The translations under genes and the position numbers were made by a program. The notes beneath the pieces are model-generated. The model ran no database searches, was not told the origin of the DNA, and saw only the letters and a program-made list of their open reading frames with translations. Positions 1 to 9,262 of a stretch of 32,000 bases of DNA are shown here, one piece after another. The stretch is from Candidatus Jordarchaeales archaeon (lineage in GTDB: Archaea > Asgardarchaeota > Jordiarchaeia > Jordiarchaeales > Freyrarchaeaceae), in the NCBI GenBank assembly GCA_038889235.1, contig JAWAHN010000001.1:180001-212000 (forward strand). Reading direction: 5' to 3'. Position 1 is the first letter of the stretch; every line of letters begins with the position of its first letter.

Positions 1-409
1 AGCTCGGAACCTTACATCAAAAATACTCAACATAAAAGATGATCCCATGTGGATGATTGACGCATCGAAAAGAAGCATTTTTGAATGTATAAAGGTTGCG
101 TGTTGAGAGCGGATAGGCAACTGAACACATCAGCAAGTATATAACTTCAAAAGAGCTTTTAAGCCAAAAGTTCTTCGACAAACTCATGAAAATAAGGGAG
201 GACACCCTTGACAGAGGAGAGATTGACGATTTTCCTGGTAAAGACTGATGAATCCAACATTTGTTCTATTAAAGCTGATAACATAGACCATGGGAAAAGG
301 AAAACGGGGAGGGAAACGTATAATCCACAACATCACCCTACCCCGCTAAGAAGGGGGGATAAGAAAAAAGAGTCACGCTTCCAAAGTAGCTTTGCTGCGA
401 TAATTCCTC

Positions 410-1186
410 CTATGCTTTTTTCCTGTGAGAAGCCCACTGCATGAAAGCATCCATGTTTCTCTCAACTGAACGACGTCCTTCATAAACCCAGAAGAATAGG
501 CCACCTAACATTGGACATGTAAAAGCTATGCTTATAACGAGCGGGATGGTAGGAATATAGGAGACTACCCCAACGGGGGCGGCTGAGGGGAAAGCACTTA
601 GTGGAGTGAAGGGTAAGAGGAGAGCTGGATCGCCTATCCTAGTAAGTACGTAGTGAAGCAGAGGTGGAAGCACTATGATGCTAGTTGTATGGGATACCGT
701 GGTGAGTTGCATAATGTAAACAAAGATAACTGCCATTGTTGAGTAGCCTGTTATCCAGAATCCAAGTGTTTCTAGTATTCTCCATCGCTGGCGCAGTGGC
801 ACATGCGGACCGATGATGAACCTGATAAATTCTACTGCATTTGAGGCAGCATCACGGAGAGAGTAACCATGCGCAGAGAATGACAACATGAAGGCGGTGA
901 TAATGTTAAGCGGAAGCAGGAGCACTGACAGAATGAGGCCAGTCAACGAAACCATAAGCTTAGTGGCCCAGCCCCATGTGACAAAGTCATAAACGCCCAC
1001 AGCACTAACGAAAACATACGCACTCTCATTATTAATTAAAATAGAAGGAAGGAAAACACCAACCGGAATAACTGGTGTCAAACACAATTTAATACCAAAC
1101 AGAAAAATCACCATGAAATAGGATACCAAAAAAATTGGGGGAAGAAAATATAATGCCCGTAAAGCCACATGAGACCACCTTGTCAT
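410..1186 (-). CDS. Hypothetical polytopic membrane protein (258 aa)
   Basis: ATG at 1186 preceded by a strong GGAGGTG RBS. Several hydrophobic TM-length segments. Starts 15 nt after the stop of the upstream secreted-protein gene, so probably co-transcribed. Confidence 0.75.
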   Translation of the reverse strand: MTRWSHVALRALYFLPPIFLVSYFMVIFLFGIKLCLTPVIPVGVFLPSILINNESAYVFVSAVGVYDFVTWGWATKLMVSLTGLILSVLLLPLNIITAFMLSFSAHGYSLRDAASNAVEFIRFIIGPHVPLRQRWRILETLGFWITGYSTMAVIFVYIMQLTTVSHTTSIIVLPPLLHYVLTRIGDPALLLPFTPLSAFPSAAPVGVVSYIPTIPLVISIAFTCPMLGGLFFWVYEGRRSVERNMDAFMQWASHRKKA

Positions 1187-1201
1187 TATGCGACACCTCC
1201 T

Positions 1202-2395
1202 TTATAGGTAATATGGAAAAATCCAGACCTCATTACCCCAACACCAAGTATATGATTTTATTGTGTTTGCAACGAGACCAGCACTATACGAGTTTATTGG
1301 AAGCTCCGGAACTGCATTTCTCCACTCGCCACTAGGCCAGACGAACCAAAACGAGATGGTCGACAATAACCAGAAGAAGGGGTTCGACGGATACAGGTAA
1401 TGAACTTTCAAGACAAGTTTTACTCCGTAATTATTGCCCTGCATATAAGCTGCTATACTTCTCTCAAGGGCTAAGTTTGCCTCGTACCTTAACTTGGCAA
1501 TAATCTCAGCGGTAATCAGACCAGCGAGAGCACCTGCCACGGCGCCTGGAAGATTTCCGGCTTTAGAGGCCAGAGCAGCTCCTAGAATACCGCTTATTAC
1601 AATGGCTACAGCCCCATATGAATCTAACAAGTAATTAATATAGTAAACGAAGGCTGTGGCTTCAAAGAATGGTGTTCCATTTACTTCTATGAAGTGGGGT
1701 GCTCTTATGTGTAGGTATACGTCTTCCCCGAAATTCACCCAGCCCCATGGCCAAATGGGGGCGATCAAGGGGAAAGCGCTAACTGAAATGTATGGGTCTA
1801 TAACCTCGCTGTTCGCATAAACTGTTATTTTACATAGTTTTAGTGTTTTTCCGTCTTTATTTAGTTCATATGTCTTGTAGTTGCATGGCCAGCATGTTCC
1901 GTTTATTTCTATTGTGCCATTCCAATCTGCGATAATAGTTCCGTACTTGACTGCTTCTTCTATTTCTTCATCTGTTAGACAGGCTTGCTCAGCCATAAGG
2001 TCGTTCAACATAGACTGATGTTCAATATACTCGTTAAATACATCAATGTACTTTGGATTTTCCTGGAGGAATTCGCTGAAAAGTTCTAGAATCGTTTCGT
2101 TATTTACTTTTGTAGCAATTGTTGAGATGAAGACTTTAGATTTGGCTTCGTCCTGGGCAAGCCACCTCAGAAAACCCCTGCTAATTTCCTTCTTGAGCAT
2201 TTCTTTAGTCTTAACTTCACAAGGCGATTGTAGAGACGACAGTATTACCTGTGTTTGGGCTCCTGAAGAAAAAGTGGTTTGAGGCGGCGTGTAAAGACAT
2301 AGCATTGAGGCGATAATGGATTGCGCCATGTTTTCCCCATTATGAAAACTAAAATTGAAAACTACTAAGGAGCTAATTATTAGAATAGACAGCAA
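1202..2395 (-). CDS. Putative secreted protein with an internal glycine-zipper-like hydrophobic hairpin (397 aa)
   Basis: Long ORF with a hydrophobic N-terminus (LSILIISSLVVF) and several N-x-T sequons. Contains the segment GAVAIVISGILGAALASKAGNLPGAVAGALAGLITAEIIA. TTG start has GAGGAGG 8 nt upstream; the start is ambiguous (see findings). Confidence 0.8.
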   Translation of the reverse strand: MLSILIISSLVVFNFSFHNGENMAQSIIASMLCLYTPPQTTFSSGAQTQVILSSLQSPCEVKTKEMLKKEISRGFLRWLAQDEAKSKVFISTIATKVNNETILELFSEFLQENPKYIDVFNEYIEHQSMLNDLMAEQACLTDEEIEEAVKYGTIIADWNGTIEINGTCWPCNYKTYELNKDGKTLKLCKITVYANSEVIDPYISVSAFPLIAPIWPWGWVNFGEDVYLHIRAPHFIEVNGTPFFEATAFVYYINYLLDSYGAVAIVISGILGAALASKAGNLPGAVAGALAGLITAEIIAKLRYEANLALERSIAAYMQGNNYGVKLVLKVHYLYPSNPFFWLLSTISFWFVWPSGEWRNAVPELPINSYSAGLVANTIKSYTWCWGNEVWIFPYYL

Positions 2396-2403
2396 TAGAC
2401 AGC
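2384..2403. repeat. Perfect 10-bp tandem duplication (AATAGACAGC)x2 spanning the start of the 397-aa gene
   Basis: Read directly: 2384-2393 and 2394-2403 are identical. Confidence 0.9.
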
Positions 2404-2453
2404 CCTCCTCATAAAATCGCTCCTCCTCAATTCTTTGGAATCAAGGACGTTTT

Positions 2454-2489
2454 TCTGATATATATATATCGATCTGATATATATATCGA
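2454..2489. repeat. Tandem TCTG(AT)6CGA / TCTG(AT)5CGA microsatellite-cored palindromes in a divergent intergenic region
   Basis: Read directly: two adjacent units with self-complementary G(AT)nC cores, n=6 and n=5, within an AT-rich stretch (about 2440-2530). Confidence 0.85.
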
Positions 2490-2988
2490 AAAGTTTTATG
2501 TTAATTGAAATAATTAATATGATAATTATGATAATCGTGGAGTTGGATTTTATTTTTTGTTTAAGGGTAGAAGGGATTTACATGATTTCTATTTGTTGTA
2601 GTTAGGTGAGGCCGGGATGGCTATGTTGAGGAAGCCGTGTTTTTGATTAGTATAAAGCAAATTTTAGACAGAGATAAGTTTTAGCGATTTTTAGGAAGGA
2701 AAGTGCTAACTAAATTTCAGTGAAGCGGAAGCGTCATGTTGCCTATTTAAAAGCTAAAGGGCAGCATGGTTGACTTTTTGTAGTGGGCCTGATGGACGTT
2801 AAGAACCCTGCTTCTAGTTATTTTAATTGGAAAGGAAAATTACTGGAAAAGCAAGTATTTGATGTTTATAGATTAAGGAGGAAAATGAGTAAAGTCAATG
2901 CTCTTAGCGTTCAAAGTTGGCTTTACGTTCTCTCCTTCTTGTCATTTCGGGGAGCCGGCATAGCTTCTCGTTAGACCCTAAAGTTTTT

Positions 2989-4564
2989 ATGGGAAGGTGT
3001 GCGTCTATTTCTTCGTCTGGCCTTTGTTGGAATGTTTGGAGGGAAGTAGGGCGTGGGGGATCTGTCGTTCTGGTTTTTCTTTTTGTCCTTTTGCTTCTGG
3101 AGTTTATGGAGTTTTGGCCTTGCCGCACGTCGATGTTACCGTGGGTATTTTGGATTATCCTATTTATCCCGCCTCATCGTTGTACTTTCCAGAGTTGACT
3201 TATCCTTTGCCTCTGGTTATTGGGTCGTACCGTGTCGGGCAGAACTATGTTTTCCCTGTTTTTGAGATATGTAATGCCGTCTTCATAGTTCCGGGGGGCT
3301 ATGGAGGATATGTAGACTTGATGCTGTCGTCTTCAGGTCCGGTTAAAGTCTCCGTGTATTATTATGGATCGTCGGGTGTCGAGTTGGTTTCGTCTGCTGT
3401 TAACGCCACAGGGTTTCAAGCTAGGATTCCTCAACCGGAGGACGCCTATTTTTTATTGCGAGGAATTTCCTAGAGGAAACGTTTTCCCGGCCCCCCTCAT
3501 GACTCCGACGACGTTACCATTCTTTTTCGTGGTGATTGAGGGAGAGAATGTCTGGGTTGTTGCGGGAGAAACCACTTTCGGAGCTCAACTGGTTCAAAAC
3601 CCTTACTACGTCTTTTCATGGGCTATCCTCTTCTTCTCTTGTATCATGATTGCCCTCTCACTGATCGGAATGTTTGTCTCGAGGGGTTCTCTTGAGGAAT
3701 TTCTGGTGGAAAGGAGGAGCTACGCGGGCCTCAAACTGTTTTTCCGTGAGCCGGTATTAGTTCTCCTTCCGTTCATGCTGAGCCTCACCCTGATCCTGTA
3801 CTTTGCAGTTGAAGATTTCTGGGCGTTATCACGTGTAGCGTGGCAATTTAGTAAGGTGAGCTTCACGGTCTTCAGCGAGACAACATCGCCGCTCCCCTTA
3901 TACGTCATGCTGGCGTTAATTTTTGGGGATTCATCGTAATTTTCCCAATAGTTTTCTTTGCACGCCTCACAGTGCACTACTCGGTTGGAAAGGTTTACCT
4001 AGAAGCTACAGGTGAAGCGCGAGACGGCTCGCGCCGGGAACATTAATCTTGAGAGGCGGGTTGTTCTCAGTCACTCTCTTTTTAATTAACTATCTGTTTT
4101 TGAAGCGGGTGGAGCAGGTATACTCTTACAGTGATCTTTACGCGGTGGGCGAGCTGGCACTGATCCTACTTGCTCTATCCATCATGATCATGCTGGTCCT
4201 TTACTCGGCTTTGCCACATCTTATCTCTCTGGCGACGGGGATTGGGGAGGGGGACGCAGTGCCTAAGACGTTTATTCTGAGAATGATTTTTGAAGACGCG
4301 TTCTTCCTTGCTATAGCTTTCGGCCTGGCGGCCTGCACATTATATGTCTTAAACCCCTTCGCTTACCCTCTAGGAATATTCTATTTCTTCTTCACAAAGG
4401 GGTCCTTAACGGTTTTAATATTCTCTGGCGCCTTCCTCGTAGCCGTTCCTCTAGCTTTTTCCTTAGCTATCCCGGCGGCGATACAAACATCACGTTACAT
4501 TGTAACCAAATTAGAGGGGGTAAAACCGCCAGAGGGAGAGGAAATCAAAAAATGGAGTATTTAA
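2989..4564 (+). pseudogene. Probable single gene (extracellular domain plus multi-TM region, about 500 aa) split by about 4 single-base frameshifts
   Basis: Protein-like reading passes from ORF 2917-3198 (hydrophobic VVLVFLFVLLLL) to 2997-3473, then 3364-3939, then an unlisted frame at 3930-~4015 (FIVIFPIVFFARLTVHYSVGKVYLEATG), then the frame of 4049-4564. Junctions lie at T tracts 3074-3092, T6 3449-3454, T5G4 3920-3928 and ~4013. The true start is uncertain. Confidence 0.55.
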
Positions 4565-4587
4565 TCGTTTATGGAGTGATTGGGTTT

Positions 4588-6633
4588 TTATGTTAAAGTT
4601 TGGAAGTTTTTAGTCGCTCTTTGGGGAGAGGTGAGAGAGTTGATGGTTACGAGGAGACTGAGCCCTATGTCTCCTACAATTATGGCGACCCATAGAGGTA
4701 GTAGTCCTAGTGCCGCTAGGACTGCTAGTGTGAGCTTGACGGCGACGGATAATGACACGTTTTGCTTTACTGTTGTCATGGTTTTCCTGCTGAGGTCCAG
4801 TAGGTAGGGTATCTCTGAGAGGTCATCTTTTAGAAGCATTATGCTGGCTGCTTCTATAGCGGCGTCACTGCCCATGCCTCCCATAGCCATACCGACGCTT
4901 GCCACGGCCAGGCTTGGAGCGTCATTTACTCCGTCACCAACCATGACCACGCCGCCCGCTGCGCCCAGCTTCTCGACGACGCTAACCTTCTCGTGGGGGA
5001 GAAGCTCCGCGTAGTACTCTTCCACAGCCAGGTTACGCGCTACAGCTTCCACGGTCCTTCTGTTGTCGCCGCTAACTATGACTGTTCTTACCCTTCTTCG
5101 CCTCAGTTCCTCCACACAGTAGTATGCGTCGTCCCTTAGAGTGTCTTCGAGCAGTATGGCACCTAGAACGGCGCCGTTAGAACCAACGAAGACAACTGAC
5201 TCAGAGTTCAGCTCGGGGACGTTACTTTGTCCTTCAGGGAAAAGTGTCCGTCTTCCGACGACATAGGGTTTACCGTCGACTCTCCCGGAAACACCCAATC
5301 CCGGCATAAACTTGAAGTCTTCGACTTTTCCGAGCTCGACTCCTTCTTGGAGGGCTTTCTCAACTATTGCTCTGGCTACTGGGTGGTTTGACAAGGCTTT
5401 AAGGGAGGCTGCGGCCTTCAGTATCTCGCTAGTTCCAACTTCGTGGCTTAGCTGTATGACCTTCAAGACCTTGAGGGTTCCATTCGTCAGCGTTCCTGTT
5501 TTGTCGAACGCAAAGATAAGTGCTTTCGAGAGCGACTCCAGGTGTACACCTCCTTTAACCAGTATACCTTTTCTGGCAGCCGCCGTTATCGAGGAGATCA
5601 TCGCTACAGGAGTTGATATAACGAGGGCGCAGGGACATGAAATTACGAGGAGCGTCAATCCCCTGTAAACCCAGGGGGGGTGAGCGGTTGCCCTAGGAGC
5701 GGGGGGGAGAAAGGCTATGATGGCTGCTGTGAGGATTACGGTGGGCGTATAGAAACGTGCAAACTTCTTAATGAACTTCTCGGTTGGCGCTTTCCTTTTC
5801 TCCGCTTCCCTAACTATGCTTAGCATTTTCGAGTAGAAGGTCTCATATGCAGGCTTCGTAACCTTTACCTTGATGAAGCCTTCATTGTTTATGGTTCCCG
5901 CGTAAACCTCATCTCCAACAGCCTTTGGCACAGGAATCGACTCACCTGTAAGAGGCGACTGGTTTACGCTCGTCTCGCCTTCAACTATAATTCCGTCTAA
6001 AGGTATTTTCTCCCCTGGCCTGACAAGAATCACTTCTCCAATCAGCACACTGTGACTATGAACCACAACCTGCCCGCCGTCCCTCAGAACTGTCGCCATT
6101 GAGGGAAACGACGCCACCAGCTTCTTGATAGAATCTTTAACGCGTCCCTCGGCATGTTTCTCCAGCAACTCAACCAGAGTGAAAAGTATAGCTACAGCTA
6201 CGCCTTCCTCCATGCTTCCTATTGCAAAGGCACCCACTATGGCTACCGTTACCAGTAAATCAATGGTTGCACGTCCACTCTTAGCCAGCTCCTTGAATCC
6301 AAGGAAAGCAATTCTGCAGCCTGAAAGCACTGCTGCGGCAACCAAAAGAAGGCCGACGGTTGACGGCTCCTAGAAAAGTCTCGCTGAAGGAGGAAGTGGC
6401 AGAAAACGCGAGAAAAGATCAGCCAGCTGAGCGTAGAGCAATTGAGGTACATGGGTCGCGGAGCCAGCGTAAAAATGCTCAAGAATTAGGGCTGCCACCA
6501 GAAGAGACGTTGAGACAGCTACCCTGATGACCACCCACTTGGCGGAGCCTACCTCCTCTTCTTCTACTTTTAGCTCTGCTGTGCATGTAGGGCACTCGAA
6601 TTCGGTGTTCATAGCGTGTTCCTTGTGAGGCAC
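4588..6633 (-). pseudogene. zntA: Heavy-metal P1B-2 ATPase (ZntA/CadA type) interrupted by an in-frame TAG at 6372-6370
   Basis: ORFs 6370-6633 and 4588-6345 share a frame and are separated by one TAG. Motifs: N-terminal HKEH/CPTC, TGES, CPC in TM (SCPCALVISTP), DKTGT, HP, GDGVND, TM7 Lys and TM8 DxG. It may be a decaying gene or a readthrough case. Confidence 0.85.
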
Positions 6634-6655
6634 AAATAGAAGCCAATGTTATTAA

Positions 6656-6667
6656 TTTAGTGCTAAA
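6656..6667. promoter_or_regulatory. Short inverted repeat TTTAG-tg-CTAAA in the zntA/nikR divergent intergenic region; possible operator
   Basis: Read directly. A 5-bp arm could occur by chance in AT-rich DNA. Confidence 0.2.
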
Positions 6668-6720
6668 AACTACGGGAAAATTATTAAATGTTAATTGTTT
6701 TTCTATCGAAAGTAGTAGAG

Positions 6721-7128
6721 GTGAAGCGCTTGACCGTGGTGAGCATCTCTTTAGATCCTTTTCTCCTAAAGAAGCTTGACCAGCTTGTAGAGGAGCGGGG
6801 TTATTCGAGTAGGTCTGAGGCTATTAGGGACGCTGTGAGAAACTTTCTTTCAGAGTACGAGATGAAGAAGGGTGAGGGGGGGCGTGTGATCTCAGCGATA
6901 ATAATAATGTGGGAGTATGAGAGGAGAGAGGTGGATGAGCAGCTCACAAAGCTGCGTCACGAGTACGATTACCTGGTTACAGGTAACATGCATGTGCACT
7001 TGGCGAAAGGGCACTGCGTTGAGATACTGATAGCTGAGGGCGAGTTGGAAGAAATATACAAGTTAATAGGGAAAGTTAGGGCAGTAAAAGGAGTACAACA
7101 AGTAAAGTATGCTTCAATACAGGTATGA
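6721..7128 (+). CDS. nikR: Nickel-responsive regulator NikR (RHH plus ACT-like metal-binding domain)
   Basis: N-terminal ribbon-helix-helix (VVSISLD...GYSSRSEAIRDAVR) and the metal-site pattern H...HVHLxxxHC. Likely start GTG 6721 (the ORF track starts at 6688). Confidence 0.9.
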   Translation: MKRLTVVSISLDPFLLKKLDQLVEERGYSSRSEAIRDAVRNFLSEYEMKKGEGGRVISAIIIMWEYERREVDEQLTKLRHEYDYLVTGNMHVHLAKGHCVEILIAEGELEEIYKLIGKVRAVKGVQQVKYASIQV

Positions 7129-7240
7129 AAAAACAATTATAATTGTAGGAGACTGAAGCCGCAGAAGGCAGGACACAGAAATGGTGGGAGGTTATTTTTC
7201 AAAGTTATCGATTTATGTAAAAAATGAATTTTGGGTAAGG

Positions 7241-8941
7241 TTACCCTGCCTGTCTCTTCTTTATTTCCTCTTCTCTAAGCACTCTCCTGAGCAACTTGCC
7301 TACTATTGTCCTTGGTAGGGCGTCCCTGAACTCTACCTCCTTTGGTACCTTGTAGGCTGCAAGGTTCTTCTTGCACCACTCGATTATGTCGTTCTCGGTG
7401 ACTTTGCCCTTGTACTCTGGCTTCAGCACGACGAACACCTTTATTATCTCGCCAACTGATGGGTCAGGTATTCCGACCGCGGCGGCGTCCTGCACGGCTT
7501 CATGCTTGAACAGGACTTCCTCGATCTCTCTTGGATACACAGAGTACCCTTTGTACTTTATTAGCTCCTTCTTTCTGTCCACTACGTAGAAGTAGCCGTC
7601 TTCGTCCATCTTTGCTATATCACCTGTCCTGAGCCATATCTTCCCGTTTATTTCTACGAGTGCTTCAGCGGTCTCCTTGGGTCTGTTCAAGTAGCCTTTC
7701 ATCACTTGCGGTCCACTTACAACGAGTTCACCTTCTTCTCCCGGTCCGAGGAAGCGGTTTTCTTCTAGGTGCATTATGCCGGCGTCGGTGTTTGGAAGAG
7801 GTATTCCTATGCTACCAACTTTTCTCAACTTCTTATCTAGCGGGTTGCTGTGAGTGACTGGTGCAGCCTCGGTTAGCCCATATCCTTCGCATATTATGGC
7901 TCCCGTCAGTTTTTCGAAAGTCTCCTGTATAGCTAACGGAAGTGGACCGGCACCACTTATTCCTGCTTTGAGCGATGAGAGGTCATACTTTTTGACTTTC
8001 GGGTGATTGTTTATCGCGTTATAGATTACGGCTACCGCTGGGAAGAGTGTGACTTTGTGCTCTTGGATCGCCTTCATCACTTGCTCAGGGTCGAAGCGGG
8101 GCAGTACAACGTTTTTGCTTTGGAGAGCTATGGAGGCGTTCAAGCAGACCGTTTGCCCGTAAACGTGGTACCATGGGAGAACTGAGAGCATTACCTCTTG
8201 ACCTTTCGTGCCGCCGACCCATGCATTACACTGGAAAACGTTTGCAACCAGGTTGTAGTGTGTTAACATGGCTCCTTTCGGGAGTCCTGTTGTGCCGCCT
8301 GTGTAGAGTAAGACAGCTACATCTTCTTTGGGTTTAACCTTCTTCTTTGGTGCTTGTGGTTCAGCCTTGTGCTTCTTTATCAAGTCCATCATGAAGTATA
8401 TTCCGGGCTCAGGCTCTATTTTCGCTGACGGGATCTTCTTTAGAAGTTTTCCGAGCGCTCTCTTGACTGGCGGCATAAAGTCGCCAAGGTTAGTTACAAT
8501 GACAGCTTTAACGCCGATTTTCTTAACGACCTCTTTGACGTTTGGGTATAGAGCGTCCAATATGACTAAGGCTTTCGAGCCGCTGTCTGTCATCTGGTGT
8601 TCTACTTCTCTCGGAGTGTACAATGGGTTCATCGTAGTGGATGTGGCGCCTATCCTCGACACCGCATAGTATGCTATCGCAAACTGTGGGCAGTTGGGGA
8701 GCATTATGGCTACCACATCTCCCTGGGAGACTCCTACATCTAGGAGGGCTGCGGCGAAACGGTCAACGAGGGAGTCAAGCTCCTTGAAGGTCAACTCTTT
8801 TCCTAGAAAGTCCATTGCAACTTTGTTGGGCGCCTCTTTTGCAGCCTCGCGAAGAAGCTCGTCAATTCGCATTTCCGGGATCTCTATTGTTTTGGGCACA
8901 TTCGGAGGGTAGAATTTAAACCAGACCTTTTCAGCACTCAA
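7241..8941 (-). CDS. fadD: Long-chain fatty-acid--CoA ligase (ANL adenylate-forming family)
   Basis: Motifs YTGGTTGLPKG, EGYGLTE, WLRTGDI, DRKKELIKYKG and the C-terminal PRTIVGK lysine. Confidence 0.92.
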   Translation of the reverse strand: MSAEKVWFKFYPPNVPKTIEIPEMRIDELLREAAKEAPNKVAMDFLGKELTFKELDSLVDRFAAALLDVGVSQGDVVAIMLPNCPQFAIAYYAVSRIGATSTTMNPLYTPREVEHQMTDSGSKALVILDALYPNVKEVVKKIGVKAVIVTNLGDFMPPVKRALGKLLKKIPSAKIEPEPGIYFMMDLIKKHKAEPQAPKKKVKPKEDVAVLLYTGGTTGLPKGAMLTHYNLVANVFQCNAWVGGTKGQEVMLSVLPWYHVYGQTVCLNASIALQSKNVVLPRFDPEQVMKAIQEHKVTLFPAVAVIYNAINNHPKVKKYDLSSLKAGISGAGPLPLAIQETFEKLTGAIICEGYGLTEAAPVTHSNPLDKKLRKVGSIGIPLPNTDAGIMHLEENRFLGPGEEGELVVSGPQVMKGYLNRPKETAEALVEINGKIWLRTGDIAKMDEDGYFYVVDRKKELIKYKGYSVYPREIEEVLFKHEAVQDAAAVGIPDPSVGEIIKVFVVLKPEYKGKVTENDIIEWCKKNLAAYKVPKEVEFRDALPRTIVGKLLRRVLREEEIKKRQAG

Positions 8942-9262
8942 CTTCCCTTTCCTCTCCCTCTGGGTTTGGGTCTAGAAGATTAAAGAAATGTGATAACTAT
9001 AAAAATTTTTACCCTAGTCGCGCGGCGAAACCGGTTAGGATCTTCGCCCAAAGGAGGGAGCGTGGAGACATTTGAAAGAAGGGTTAACGGTGCATTTTTG
9101 ATTAAGATGCTGAGAGTAGCAGCACATTTACTTGTGTCGTCTTCTCGAAAGATTACCTCAACTAAGGTAATTTAGATGGAGGGGGTTAGAGTGATTTCGT
9201 AGTAATTTTGCAGACGCTTTTCGTGAAAAGAAGGAAGGGGGTGAGGACTGACGGAGAAATGA

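Noticed and set aside
17-444. Short ORFs 17-205 (-) and 208-444 (+)
   Set aside because: No recognisable motif or convincing RBS; the + ORF overlaps the 3' end of the membrane-protein gene. A fragment at the window edge cannot be excluded.
3448-3455. T TTT TTA slippery heptamer, suggesting programmed -1 frameshifting
   Set aside because: The continuing ORF (3364-3939) needs a +1/-2 shift, not -1, and the gene has several other indels.
8942-9262. 320-bp intergenic region and ORF 8990-9175, considered as a possible ncRNA or small gene
   Set aside because: No C/D boxes, tRNA fold or convincing coding signal recognised by eye; a covariance-model search would be needed.
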